From a virus, in IMG/VR virus record IMGVR_UViG_3300035698_019437, positions 83,269 to 147,268 of that record: a DNA stretch of 64,000 nucleotides; one strand, written 5' to 3'. The notes under the pieces are model-generated. The model was not told where the DNA came from. It saw nothing but the letters and a program-made list of their open reading frames with translations, and ran no database searches. This document shows positions 49,526-60,198 of the stretch, piece after piece. Every line of letters begins with the position of its first letter. Positions within the stretch are counted from its first letter, which is position 1. The position numbers and the translations under genes were made by a program.

Positions 49526-49542
49526 TATTCCGAATAATACTT
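49524..49542 (+). promoter_or_regulatory. Putative phage promoter motif upstream of glycan island
   Basis: ATATTCCGAATAATACTT immediately before ATG with no RBS. Confidence 0.3.
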
Positions 49543-51459
49543 ATGGGTTCACCGGAATTTACTATTGTACACTACATAGACAGTTTAGGCATAGGCGGCG
49601 CACAGTCTATGCTTTTTGAGCTGTACCATGCCTTAGAAAAATACTATCCAGAAGTATCTCAAAGCGTTTGGTTATCTAACAAAAAATGTACATGTTCTTC
49701 TTTTATCAAATCTTATGGTATAGATTACCATTTTGTTCCTAAAAGTAGCTTCGTAATGACTATTACGGCTTTTGAAAAGCCCGTAATATTGATCTATCAT
49801 AAATTGATGGGTTCTCATACTGACATATACAGAGGTATCAGGAAAAGAGTGCCAATCATAACCATTAATCACACCTTTACCAAGAATCCTGTTTATAATA
49901 GAATTAGTCCATGCGATATGGTTGTATGTGTCAGTAGACATATGAAGTCGTTTCTTAGACGAAGACTAAAAAATCAACGTATGGCTGTTATACGAAATGG
50001 TATAGATTTAAATAGATACAGCGGGATCGCCCCAAGAGAGAATCCATATAAGGATGTATTTCTTACTGGTAGAATCAACTCTTTCAATTCTATTAAGTTT
50101 TCTAAATCTTGGGTGAAGTGGTGTATCGATGTTAAGTTGTCTAAGAAGATGATCCATGAATATATAGGAGATGGTCAATACTATAAAAGTATAAAAACGT
50201 TTTTGAAAGAGAAAACTGATTCTAGAAACGACGTTGTTTTACTAGGTAAGATTAAAGACTTCGACAGAAAAATATCCATAGTCAAAAACTGGGATATCTT
50301 TTTGTATGAGGTTAATCGTGATGAGGGTGTGAGTATAGCTATATTAGAAGCTCTTGCTTGTGGTGTTCCCGTAATATGCAGTAATCATTTCGGTAACAAA
50401 GAAATTATAGAAGAAGGCGTCAATGGATATGTATTTACAAAGAGAGAAGAAGCTGCTTCTATTTTGAAAAGACTTTCTTCTAGACCTGATGAGCTAGATG
50501 CTTTGAAAAAAAGTACGTTGGAGCATTTCAAAGAAAATCTAGATATCAAATATGCAGCAGAAGGATACATGGAAAAAATAGTTAATATTTGTAAGAAAAA
50601 GAAAATCAGGATTCCTTCTGGTATAAAAAGCAAAATAGAGGGTAGGAAAGAGAAGGAAGCTATTAAAGAGATTGTTGAGAAAAAACCACAATCTAAAGAC
50701 AACAAGCTTTTTTCTATATTGACTGCTGCTAGGAATGTGAGTCCATATCTAAATGATTGGGCGATGTCTATCTTAGAACAAACTTATAGACCTTTGGAAG
50801 TTATTTTCGTAGATGATTCATCTACAGATGATACGTTTGAAAAAATAATTAAACTGTATCCTAAATTCAAAAGAGAAGATATATCTATGAAAGTTGTCCA
50901 CAATGATAAAAGATATCATTGTGGCACGGCTTATGCGAAGGCATGGGAGATCGCATCTGGATTCTATTTCGGAGTTCTAGATGGCGATGACATGTTATAT
51001 CCAGATGCTGTTGATTATATAGTAGATTTGTACGAATCTAATCCTGATATAACATACATATATACCCAGTTTATGTTATGCAACACTAAAATGAAAAATG
51101 TCAGAAAAGGTTTTTGTCATGCTCCTAAGAGGGGTAAGTCTTTATTGGATATGGGAGGTGACAAAGTTCATGGGTTCTCCCATTGGCGAACCTTCTCTAA
51201 TAGATTACCAAAGATAGAAAAGATTTGGGGTAGAGGGCTTAGAGCAGGAATAGACAAGTATATGGGATATAGATTAGAAGAATTTGGAAAAGGCATGTTC
51301 ACTAATAAGGTGTGTTATAAATACAGGTGGGCTAGACCGGGATGTATATCTAAAACTGAAAAAGCCATAGCTTCATGGCAAAAGATTATTAAAGAGGCTG
51401 AATGGCGTAGGAAGAAGTATAACATTAAACCTTACCCAATAATAGACCATAAGGGATGA
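49543..51459 (+). CDS. Bifunctional glycosyltransferase (GT4 + GT2 fusion)
   Basis: IDSLGIGGAQ, IRNGID, EGVSIAILEALACGVP; then FSILTAARN, VDDSSTD, LDGDD. Confidence 0.9.
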   Translation: MGSPEFTIVHYIDSLGIGGAQSMLFELYHALEKYYPEVSQSVWLSNKKCTCSSFIKSYGIDYHFVPKSSFVMTITAFEKPVILIYHKLMGSHTDIYRGIRKRVPIITINHTFTKNPVYNRISPCDMVVCVSRHMKSFLRRRLKNQRMAVIRNGIDLNRYSGIAPRENPYKDVFLTGRINSFNSIKFSKSWVKWCIDVKLSKKMIHEYIGDGQYYKSIKTFLKEKTDSRNDVVLLGKIKDFDRKISIVKNWDIFLYEVNRDEGVSIAILEALACGVPVICSNHFGNKEIIEEGVNGYVFTKREEAASILKRLSSRPDELDALKKSTLEHFKENLDIKYAAEGYMEKIVNICKKKKIRIPSGIKSKIEGRKEKEAIKEIVEKKPQSKDNKLFSILTAARNVSPYLNDWAMSILEQTYRPLEVIFVDDSSTDDTFEKIIKLYPKFKREDISMKVVHNDKRYHCGTAYAKAWEIASGFYFGVLDGDDMLYPDAVDYIVDLYESNPDITYIYTQFMLCNTKMKNVRKGFCHAPKRGKSLLDMGGDKVHGFSHWRTFSNRLPKIEKIWGRGLRAGIDKYMGYRLEEFGKGMFTNKVCYKYRWARPGCISKTEKAIASWQKIIKEAEWRRKKYNIKPYPIIDHKG

Positions 51460-51460
51460 T

Positions 51461-52036
51461 ATGAAAGATACTCTGAAATTTTATGATAAAATATATAGTC
51501 CACTTTTTAAAAAAAATTATACGAAAAAATCAAATCGAGCAGGACCGTCATTACAACAGTTAGAAGTTTTTAGAAAATCTAATAAAATAGACATACATAA
51601 AGTAATAGATGTTGGGTGTTCGTGGGGAAGGGCTTTAAAATATTGGAGAAAGCGTAATGTCTATGCTGTTGGGGCAGATGTTTCTAAAATCGTTGTAAAA
51701 CATTGCATTAAACATAAACTTAATTGTAAACGATCTTCTGCAACTGATTTATCTAAGTTTAATGATAAATCTTTTGACCTTTATATGTCAACAGATGTTT
51801 ATGAGCACATTAGAGAAAAAGATTTACAATTTGCTATAGAAGAAGCAATACGTGTTACAAATAAGTATTTTCTTATCAGAGTACATACTATGCTAGATAA
51901 AAGAGGTACACTTCATTTGACTGTGTGGAACCTTGATCGTTGGGCCTCTTTTTTTATGAATAATGGTTTAAAAATACTTAATTTCGGGGATGGTAAATTT
52001 AATACATATAAAAATACGTTTTTCATGGAGATATAA
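51461..52036 (+). CDS. Class I SAM-dependent methyltransferase
   Basis: VIDVGCSWG, GADVS, SFDL..STDVYEHI. Confidence 0.85.
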   Translation: MKDTLKFYDKIYSPLFKKNYTKKSNRAGPSLQQLEVFRKSNKIDIHKVIDVGCSWGRALKYWRKRNVYAVGADVSKIVVKHCIKHKLNCKRSSATDLSKFNDKSFDLYMSTDVYEHIREKDLQFAIEEAIRVTNKYFLIRVHTMLDKRGTLHLTVWNLDRWASFFMNNGLKILNFGDGKFNTYKNTFFMEI

Positions 52037-52542
52037 TGGCAACTGAATTAAGGGCAAAGCACAATAAATGGCTTAAAGAGATTTTGAAACATAAAAAATT
52101 CGGTATCGTATTAAATCTTGGCTGTGGTAAAAATAGAGATTCTGAGGGGCATACATATAAATCTTATATAAATTGTAAAAAGATTATAAAGATAGACCCA
52201 GACCCAAAATTTAAGAAAATAGTTGACTTTAAGGCTAAAGGAGAAGATATACCGCTTGAAGATGGTTTAGTTGATCTAGTATTTATGAATTGGGCGTTTC
52301 ATATGACTGACATGACTGTTGTACTTTCTGAGATTTGTAGGGTTCTTCGTAAGAATGGAAAGGTACTTATAAGTTATGCAGATCATAATTATGATGAAAC
52401 AGTGGCAAGGAAAAAAGTAGCTGATATTAGATTTTTGTTAGAGAGTAAGATTACTATTGAAAAGTTTTTTGAAAATGAAGCTCATGGTATTACTGGTGGT
52501 TTTTTTCAAAGAGCCGAAGCTATATATGGTAGGTTAAAATGA
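52036..52542 (+). CDS. Class I SAM-dependent methyltransferase (type 11-like)
   Basis: VLNLGCG, IPLEDGLVDLV, EICRVLRKNG. Confidence 0.82.
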   Translation: MATELRAKHNKWLKEILKHKKFGIVLNLGCGKNRDSEGHTYKSYINCKKIIKIDPDPKFKKIVDFKAKGEDIPLEDGLVDLVFMNWAFHMTDMTVVLSEICRVLRKNGKVLISYADHNYDETVARKKVADIRFLLESKITIEKFFENEAHGITGGFFQRAEAIYGRLK

Positions 52543-53380
52543 CAAAAAAGTGTTTCGATATATCTGGTAAAATAATATGTGGTATTCGAGCTGCTTTTGT
52601 TAAAGAGGATGGGTTGCTTGGAGATATCATTCCTAGAAAAGATAGTTTGAACGAAGCTGTTCTTAAATTACAATCGAAGATGAAATTACATAAATCGTTA
52701 TTAATATCTTCGCCAAGTAATTTAGCTTTTAAAGATGGTCATTTTTTTTGCTATTATGGGAGCAAGAAATTTTATTATCCGATGTCAGAAGAAAAAGGTG
52801 TGTTTATTTTTATGCCATTAGTAACTGGTAGAAAGGATTCTAAGGATACTTTTATATCGAATTATATTCAATGCGCTCGTATATTGGCAGTTAAAGGTAT
52901 ATTTCCAAAAATTCTAGGTGCACAAAGTGTAAATGTAGATATTGATGTATATTATGTTAAAAAAATCTTGATGATCTTGGACAAAAGATAAAAAAATGTC
53001 ATAGAGATAATGCTGTAGGAATGATAGTAAAGAGAATAATATCTCCTTCTTTTGATTTTGATTTATGTGAAAAAAATAGAGATATGATTATATCTATTTT
53101 TACGAAGTTATGGAAAGAAAAAAAGTATGATGCATATAATCTTAGTAATCATGAAAAGGATTTTTTATATGGTAATGGTTTCTCTGATGAGAATCCATTA
53201 TTCACAAAATATTACTTTAAAGAATTTTGTAAAAAGATTATAAGTGAAGTCAAAAAAAATAAAATGTGGAAATATATGAATCGTGAAAAATCAGCTTTTA
53301 TGAATAATTTAGATTTAAAATATGGTAATATATTATACAGTAAAGAAGAAAAGAAATGGTACTATATAGATTTTTGTTAA
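52539..53380 (+). pseudogene. Kinase-like gene split by a frameshift at an A7 run (ORFs 52539-52991 and 53021-53380)
   Basis: One extra A at 52959-52965 fuses the two ORFs (YVKKNLDDLGQKIKKCHRDNAVGMIVKR); C-terminal DLKYGNIL...YYIDF resembles kinase catalytic-loop and DFG motifs. Confidence 0.55.
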
Positions 53381-53390
53381 AGGAAAATAA

Positions 53391-54278
53391 ATGATACCAA
53401 ATATTTACAAAGGTCTCAGTTTTGATGATTTGTTAAAAATCATATCTCGTGGTATAAATATAAAAAAGAATAATAAAGTTGGTCCTTTTAAAGATTCTTG
53501 TTGTAATGGTGGTTATTATATGACTGCTCCAGGGACTGATATATATTGTTGCTTACCATATCTCAACGAAAAGCAAATTAAACTTGCAGGAATTAAGTTT
53601 GCTCATGCTTGGCCTAAAAAGGCACCTGTTTCTCATTTGTCTTACGCTGCATGTGTTCGTTTTATATATGGACAGTTAGATAAAAATGGTGGGTTGTTAT
53701 CTGATCCTACTTTTTATCTTCCGATAGATTCGGCAGAAGATATAGGGACTTCTTCTATATATAGAATGAGAGAGTCTCCACCAGACTGGACATTAGCTAG
53801 AAAATTTTTAAAGTATACAATTGAAGAGATGATAAAAATTAAACAGTATTATGGTTTGTGTATATTATATGAAATGGAAGGACATCGAGTCGGAGATGAA
53901 TCTCTTATTTATAAAAGTAAGACAAAATTATTAGAAATGAAAAAAATGTATAAGAGGTCATATCGTTATGCAGTTAAGTCTAAGAGTTTTAAACAAATGT
54001 TTACTCCTTTTTATTGGGGGTCTCGCTATATGATGAAGTTTGGAGATAAAGAAATGGCATTAAATTTTTGTAACAAGGCTATAAGGAAAGCAGCAGTTCA
54101 CTGTCCAGACAATAGAAAATCATATATGCAAAAGATACACAAATGTTGTGTGTATATGCAATTAAATCATGATAATCCTAAAAATTATTTTAAGGAAATT
54201 CTTAGCAATAAAGCAAAAAAAGCTGTTAAAGTTGCAATCTCTAAAGCACGTTCGTTGAAACTTCCACATTTAAAATGA
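53391..54278 (+). CDS. Hypothetical protein in glycan island
   Basis: AAGGA RBS; 295 aa, helical C-terminus. Confidence 0.55.
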   Translation: MIPNIYKGLSFDDLLKIISRGINIKKNNKVGPFKDSCCNGGYYMTAPGTDIYCCLPYLNEKQIKLAGIKFAHAWPKKAPVSHLSYAACVRFIYGQLDKNGGLLSDPTFYLPIDSAEDIGTSSIYRMRESPPDWTLARKFLKYTIEEMIKIKQYYGLCILYEMEGHRVGDESLIYKSKTKLLEMKKMYKRSYRYAVKSKSFKQMFTPFYWGSRYMMKFGDKEMALNFCNKAIRKAAVHCPDNRKSYMQKIHKCCVYMQLNHDNPKNYFKEILSNKAKKAVKVAISKARSLKLPHLK

Positions 54279-55228
54279 TTATAATGGATAAAAAAATAAC
54301 TATATTTTTACGTAAACCAAAATTTTCAGGTGGACCAAGAATTTTTCTTGATAGAATTTTACCTTTTTTGGAGAAACAAAAAGGCATCTCAATAACCTAT
54401 AATGAGAAGAAAGCTTTTGATACAGAATTGGTCATTGTTACAAAAACTACTAAACATAATAAACAATATACTGTTAGACTAGATGGATGTTATTACAGGA
54501 AGAAAGTTTTCAATAAAAATATTCCGATTATCAAAACAATTAAAAATGCAAAACATCTTATATTCCAGTCTGAATTCTCATATAAGATGTGTAAGAAATT
54601 GTTAAAATTTGGTAATAAGCCTTATGATATAATACGTAATGGTATAGATTTGGAATGGGTCAAAAGTATAAAAGCAAATGATAAAATAGTTCTAGGATCG
54701 TTTGTTGCTTGTTCTAATTGGAGAGGAAGAGATAATAAAAGGCCGTTGTCAATAATACGAGGGTTTCTAGAAGCTAATACTGGTAGGCATTTGTATTTTA
54801 TAGGAGAGTTTGAAGATAATAGTATTCCACTTAAATATAAAAGTAATTTTATACATTTCCTTGGAAAGAGGTCTAGCGAAGATATTATATCCATAATGAA
54901 AGCATGTGACTATCAAATTCATCTTTGTCATATAGATTCTTGCCCGAATGCCGTTATAGAGGGTTTAGCATGTGGTCTTAACGTTCTTTGCACAAATCTG
55001 GGGGGAACACCAGAGCTTGTTGCTTCCGATGGCGTTGTATTGAATGTAGATAAATGGAATTTTAAAGTCAAAAAGTTCAAAATTCTTGATAATTTACCAG
55101 TTGATGTAGTATCTAACGGTATCAATGATATTCTTGAGAAAAAAGAAAGATGCCTTCGGCCTGATGTCGATATAAATATAACAGCATCAATGTATGCGAA
55201 TTCCATAAAAAGGTCAGTAAATAAATGA
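54275..55228 (+). CDS. Glycosyltransferase family 4
   Basis: GGPRIF, RLDGCYY, IRNGID, DSCPNAVIEGLACG. Confidence 0.88.
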   Translation: MIIMDKKITIFLRKPKFSGGPRIFLDRILPFLEKQKGISITYNEKKAFDTELVIVTKTTKHNKQYTVRLDGCYYRKKVFNKNIPIIKTIKNAKHLIFQSEFSYKMCKKLLKFGNKPYDIIRNGIDLEWVKSIKANDKIVLGSFVACSNWRGRDNKRPLSIIRGFLEANTGRHLYFIGEFEDNSIPLKYKSNFIHFLGKRSSEDIISIMKACDYQIHLCHIDSCPNAVIEGLACGLNVLCTNLGGTPELVASDGVVLNVDKWNFKVKKFKILDNLPVDVVSNGINDILEKKERCLRPDVDINITASMYANSIKRSVNK

Positions 55229-55995
55229 ACAAACTTTTCACAATAATGACAGCAACATATAATTGTTCTAAATATCTGGACGACTGGGCCAGGTCTATCT
55301 TAGAACAAACTTATAGACCATTAGAAGTTGTTATCGTAGATGATTGCTCTAATGATGGGAATAAAACAAAAAATACTATTCGTAAGCTTGAAAACAGTTT
55401 TGCGAAAAATGATATCTATATTAAGTATATTAAGAACAAAAAAAGAAAGTATTGTGCAAGCTCATATGAGATATGCAGATTACACTCTAATGGAGATTTT
55501 ATGGGAGTTCTGGATGCTGATGATATGTTGAAAGCTGGTGCAGTTGATCATGTTATGGATTTATACGAAATGTATCCAGAGGTTACATATATTTATACAC
55601 AATTTCAAATATGTAATATGAAGATGCGTTCCATTAAGAAGGGCATGAGTTGCCACCCTGGCAAGCATGGTTCGTTGTTAGCTCTTGGCGAACATGGCAT
55701 ACATGGTTTTTCTCATTGGCGAACATTCTCTACACGGTTCCCAAGACCTGAAAAAATCTTCAAGAAGGGGTTGACTTGTGCTGTAGATAAATATATGGGA
55801 TATAGATTAGAAGAGTTTGGAAAAGGCATGTTCTCAGACAGTATATGCTATAGATACAGACAACGTATGGGATACTCATTAACCACATCAGGTACACCTA
55901 CTAAGATAATATGGGCTGGTATCATAAAAGAAGCAAAAAAGCGCAGAATAAAGTATGGATTGAAGGCACATCCAATTATACAACATAGGCTATAA
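55225..55995 (+). CDS. Glycosyltransferase family 2
   Basis: FTIMTATYN, VDDCSND, LDADD; paralogue of the GT2 domain of 49543-51459. Confidence 0.88.
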   Translation: MNKLFTIMTATYNCSKYLDDWARSILEQTYRPLEVVIVDDCSNDGNKTKNTIRKLENSFAKNDIYIKYIKNKKRKYCASSYEICRLHSNGDFMGVLDADDMLKAGAVDHVMDLYEMYPEVTYIYTQFQICNMKMRSIKKGMSCHPGKHGSLLALGEHGIHGFSHWRTFSTRFPRPEKIFKKGLTCAVDKYMGYRLEEFGKGMFSDSICYRYRQRMGYSLTTSGTPTKIIWAGIIKEAKKRRIKYGLKAHPIIQHRL

Positions 55996-55996
55996 T

Positions 55997-56929
55997 ATGA
56001 TTACAGTTTTTATACAAACAGAAAAGTTCAAAGGTGGTCCTGCTGTTTTTAGGTCGAGGATTATCCATCAGCTAAAGACGTATGACGATATCAATGTTGT
56101 TACGAATCATAAAAAGCATTTTGATATTGAGTTGTGCTTTATACGTCAAATCCATAAACATAAGAAGCCACGCATAGCAAGGATGGATGGTTGTTATTAT
56201 ATAGGTAGTACGTTGCCAAACGATTCTCTTAAGCATAATGTGAAAAAATCTAAGTACGTTATCTACCAATCGTCTTTCTCAAGGCAGATGTGTCATCATT
56301 TTTTGGGAGTTCATAAACCATCCAAGGTTATCTATAATGGAGTCGATACAGATTGGATAAATAGTATTGAACCAAATAAGAATATAGAACCTGGTTCTTT
56401 TGTAGGCGTTAGTCATAGGTGGCGTAAGAACAAAAGACCCGTTTCGATTATAAATGGTTTTGAAGAAGCTGATTGTGGACGAACCTTATATATTATTGGT
56501 TCGGCTGGTAAAGATATTATTTTCCCTAAGAATGTGTCACACCGTGTCAAATTTTTAGGCGACAAAACGTCGGAAGAAACTATTGCTATTATGAAAGCAT
56601 GTGATTATCAAATGCATCTATGCCATATAGATTCATGTCCAAATGCGGTTATCGAAGGGTTGGTATGCGGTCTTAACGTATTGTGTACTAATCTGGGCGG
56701 CACCAGCGAGCTTGTGAAGGAAAATGGCGTAATTATGAAGGTTGACCCATGGGAAAACAAAAAGCTTCCTAAAGCTGATTTAGACTCTTTAAAGCCGCAT
56801 GTTGTTGCAGAGGGCGTTCATAATCTTCTTAAGATAACCAAGCGGCCTTTACGGCCTGATTTAGATATAACCGTTGCTGCTGATAAATACTCAGATGTTA
56901 TTAGGAAGGTTATAGCCAATGACTTTTGA
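55997..56929 (+). CDS. Glycosyltransferase family 4
   Basis: GGPAVF, RMDGCYY, IYNGVD, DSCPNAVIEGLVCG; paralogue of 54275-55228. Confidence 0.88.
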   Translation: MITVFIQTEKFKGGPAVFRSRIIHQLKTYDDINVVTNHKKHFDIELCFIRQIHKHKKPRIARMDGCYYIGSTLPNDSLKHNVKKSKYVIYQSSFSRQMCHHFLGVHKPSKVIYNGVDTDWINSIEPNKNIEPGSFVGVSHRWRKNKRPVSIINGFEEADCGRTLYIIGSAGKDIIFPKNVSHRVKFLGDKTSEETIAIMKACDYQMHLCHIDSCPNAVIEGLVCGLNVLCTNLGGTSELVKENGVIMKVDPWENKKLPKADLDSLKPHVVAEGVHNLLKITKRPLRPDLDITVAADKYSDVIRKVIANDF

Positions 56930-57641
56930 GCCTGAAGTTTCTGTTGTTACTACGCTATATAACTATAGGAACTATATAGGAGATGCTATAGAGTCTTTTC
57001 TGTGTCAAGACAAAGAAGAATCTGAGATGATTATTGTAGACGATGCATCTACAGACAATCCTTATAAGATTATATCAAAATATGAGTCAGAACGTGTGCG
57101 GTATATTCGACTAGATAAGAATAAGGGCTATTCGCACGCGAAGAATGTAGGTATTAAGGCTTCTCAAAGCGAAGTTCTCGTTATGCTCGACGCGGACGAT
57201 ATGTTGACTAAGAACGGTGTCTCGTCACGTTATGACAAGTTGATGGAAGGATATGATTTTGTTCATGGTCCCGCTTTAGATTATTGGATGAATAATCAGA
57301 AGACAAGTAGAACTAAGATGTGGAAACAATGGATGAAGAGCAACGCACATAAATACGTTCATGCTCAAGGTGTCATGCTCCGTAAAAACATACATCGTAA
57401 GATAGGTTTGTATGATGAATCTTTGAGATGCAACTCTGATAGAGAGATGTTTGCACGCATTTTTAATCGTGATTTTAAAATAGGATATGTTACGATTGAT
57501 GTATCCATATATCGTAGACACCCTAAGCAAATGCATAAATCTAAAGCCAAGCTATTGATAAATAATAAGTTGCAAAAAATAGTAAAAGCAAAAGTAGAGA
57601 AAAGAAAAACAGATTTATCTGATCTAGATTTTCTTAAATAA
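56919..57641 (+). CDS. Glycosyltransferase family 2
   Basis: VSVVTTLYNY, VDDASTD, NKGYSHAKN, LDADD, GLYDE. Confidence 0.9.
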   Translation: MTFEPEVSVVTTLYNYRNYIGDAIESFLCQDKEESEMIIVDDASTDNPYKIISKYESERVRYIRLDKNKGYSHAKNVGIKASQSEVLVMLDADDMLTKNGVSSRYDKLMEGYDFVHGPALDYWMNNQKTSRTKMWKQWMKSNAHKYVHAQGVMLRKNIHRKIGLYDESLRCNSDREMFARIFNRDFKIGYVTIDVSIYRRHPKQMHKSKAKLLINNKLQKIVKAKVEKRKTDLSDLDFLK

Positions 57642-57651
57642 AGGGAAATTG

Positions 57652-58653
57652 ATGCGTGTAAAGCCTAATAGTTTTAAAAAACTTATAGCAGTTACTAAAG
57701 AAGGAAAGATCACCAACTTAGATATTACGTTGATGAGAAAACCTTTTGGTGCTGAAGTACAGAATAAAAAGATAAAAAAAGCTGGTATTTGTATTTCTTG
57801 TGATTATAGATTTGCAGAAAAAAATATAACTTGGTCTAAGAAGGTGAAGGCTATTTGTCATCCGTTTAGGATTAAAACCTATTTACCTTCATCTATCCCA
57901 CAATATTCGTTATCCGAATCGGATTTCTGTGATGATCTTTTGACCAGTATAGGAGATACGTCTGAAATTCCTCAATATGATTTTGTTTATTTTACTCTTT
58001 TATCTAGACAAGGCATTAAATGTAAGGGTCTTTATATGCTTCGTCTGATAGATAGAGCGGCTAGGGAACTTGGGTTGAATGGACTTATTGTTGACTATTG
58101 TACTAATAACTCAAAAAAGTATAAAAGACCTATCTATAAAAATCTTTTAAAGATAGCAAAAAAGGAGTGGAATAATTTTACGAATATTAAAACAAAACAT
58201 AAACTTTTTACAGATAAAAAATTATCTTCCGTGATAACTTCTGCAAAATTTGTTCTTTTCCCCAATACCGCCGATAGCAGCCCAAGAATAATAACTGAAG
58301 CAATTGTAAATTCTAGGCCAGTTGTTGTCAATGGTAATATATATGGTGGATGGAAGTATGTTAATGAAAATACAGGAAGATTTTTCGAAGCTCCTAGCCT
58401 GAAGGACGCTCCAGATAAAATAGAAGAAGAACATTATCTTGATTCTTTAAAAAAGGCTATGAAAGAAGTTTTGGTCTTAGATCGAAGTAAAATAAGAGAT
58501 AGTTATTACAAAGAGTTTGGGTTTTTAAATACTTCTAAAAGATTGGCAGATATCGTATTTGATGTTACAGGAAAAAGATATAGAGCGGTTGCGTTTAGGG
58601 ATTGGAAAAAACAACTTTTGATAGTATCTAAACAAGAAGGTTGGATTAAGTGA
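57652..58653 (+). CDS. Putative GT-B glycosyltransferase
   Basis: FVLFPNTADSSPRIITEAI...PVVVN. Confidence 0.65.
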   Translation: MRVKPNSFKKLIAVTKEGKITNLDITLMRKPFGAEVQNKKIKKAGICISCDYRFAEKNITWSKKVKAICHPFRIKTYLPSSIPQYSLSESDFCDDLLTSIGDTSEIPQYDFVYFTLLSRQGIKCKGLYMLRLIDRAARELGLNGLIVDYCTNNSKKYKRPIYKNLLKIAKKEWNNFTNIKTKHKLFTDKKLSSVITSAKFVLFPNTADSSPRIITEAIVNSRPVVVNGNIYGGWKYVNENTGRFFEAPSLKDAPDKIEEEHYLDSLKKAMKEVLVLDRSKIRDSYYKEFGFLNTSKRLADIVFDVTGKRYRAVAFRDWKKQLLIVSKQEGWIK

Positions 58654-59567
58654 AAATTGGATTTAGTGTAAATATAAAAGAGAAAGATGTTAATTCTGGT
58701 AAACATCGTTTTTTTATTAGGTTAGCCAAATGTTTCGAGGAGCAGGGTATTGATGTTTCGTCTTCTAATCCAGATATATTTTTAATGAATTCTAATGACA
58801 AACGTAATACAAAGGCAAAAGTTAACATCTTGCGACTTGATGGTTTAATATTAAATAGTGAACAAAATTATAAAATTAAAAATAAAAAAATAGTAAACAA
58901 TATAAAAAAGTGTGATGCTATTGTATATCAATCTACATTTTGCAAAGATGCTTATAGAAAATTTCTTAAAGTAAAAAAAGAGCCATATGCAATTATAAAT
59001 AATGGTGCAGATATTTACGAATTTCTTCCCAGAACTACTGAGAATTTTATTTTAGCAAATTGCAAATGGAGACCACATAAAAGACTTAATGATATAGTTA
59101 AATCTTTTATAATTGCTCTTGATATGGGTTTGGATTCTGATCTTGTTATTACTGGTAAACCTGATAGGAAAATTAAGAAACACAAAAGAATTAAATATAT
59201 TGGATGGCAACAGGTTAATGAGTTAAAAATATTGTTATCAAAAGCAATATGTACGATACATCTTACATGGTTAGATTGGTGCCCAAATGCCATGATAGAG
59301 TCTATTATGGCTGGATGCCCACTTGTATATACAAAATCAGGTGGACATACAGAACTGGGCAGAGGTTCAGGTATAGGGATAGATGACCAGAAATGGGATT
59401 TTAAACCATGTAAGTTATATTCGCCTCCAAAAATAGATAGAAAAAAAGTAGCAGAAGCGATGTTATCTATGAAGAACGAAGGAATGAAAACAGATAGAAA
59501 AAGATTTGACATTGTTTCGATTGCAAAACAGTATAACGAGTATTTTTTAGATATACTTTCTAAGTGA
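58650..59567 (+). CDS. Glycosyltransferase family 4
   Basis: LRLDG, VYQSTF, INNGAD, WRPHKRL, DWCPNAMIESIMAGCP. Confidence 0.85.
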   Translation: MKIGFSVNIKEKDVNSGKHRFFIRLAKCFEEQGIDVSSSNPDIFLMNSNDKRNTKAKVNILRLDGLILNSEQNYKIKNKKIVNNIKKCDAIVYQSTFCKDAYRKFLKVKKEPYAIINNGADIYEFLPRTTENFILANCKWRPHKRLNDIVKSFIIALDMGLDSDLVITGKPDRKIKKHKRIKYIGWQQVNELKILLSKAICTIHLTWLDWCPNAMIESIMAGCPLVYTKSGGHTELGRGSGIGIDDQKWDFKPCKLYSPPKIDRKKVAEAMLSMKNEGMKTDRKRFDIVSIAKQYNEYFLDILSK

Positions 59568-59574
59568 GGACATT

Positions 59575-60198
59575 TTGAACTATTATATTGAATTAGGAAT
59601 GTATGATGCATCTACTTTTTTACGAGGAATAAAACTTTTTCCAGAATTTGATCGTTATATAGGTTTCGAGCCAATTCCTGTTTTATATAAATCTATAAAA
59701 AAAAGTCTTAAAAAAAAGTTGAAACTTAAAAATCCCTCTTTGTATGAAAAAATTACTTTAGAACGTAAAGCAGCTAGTGTCGTTGATGATTCTAAGGCAA
59801 AATTTTATGTAGGGAAAAATAAAAAAAGTAAATCAGGTATAAGTGAAGGTTCTACGTTAAATATAAATAAAACGTCAGGACAAATATCAAAAGAAAAGTT
59901 TATATATGTACAGTCTGTCGATTTTTCTCAGTATATATATGATACTTTCAAAGAAGATGATTTTATTGTTTTAAAAGTTGATATAGAAGGAGAAGAGTAT
60001 AACTTGTTTCAACACATGATAGAGGAAGGTTCTATATCTTATATAGATAAGATATTTTGTGAATGGCATTATAAAAAAGTTGAAAACGTTAACGAGATAG
60101 ATCATAATGACATTGTTACTCGTCTTAATAAATTCGGATTTGAATTAACCGGATATAATTCTGATGATGATTTTTCTCGTTTGTATTCTAGAAAGTAG
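59575..60198 (+). CDS. FkbM-family methyltransferase
   Basis: YIELG, GFEPIP, VQSVDFS, LKVDIEGEEY, IFCEWH; TTG start after GAGGA. Confidence 0.85.
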   Translation: MNYYIELGMYDASTFLRGIKLFPEFDRYIGFEPIPVLYKSIKKSLKKKLKLKNPSLYEKITLERKAASVVDDSKAKFYVGKNKKSKSGISEGSTLNINKTSGQISKEKFIYVQSVDFSQYIYDTFKEDDFIVLKVDIEGEEYNLFQHMIEEGSISYIDKIFCEWHYKKVENVNEIDHNDIVTRLNKFGFELTGYNSDDDFSRLYSRK

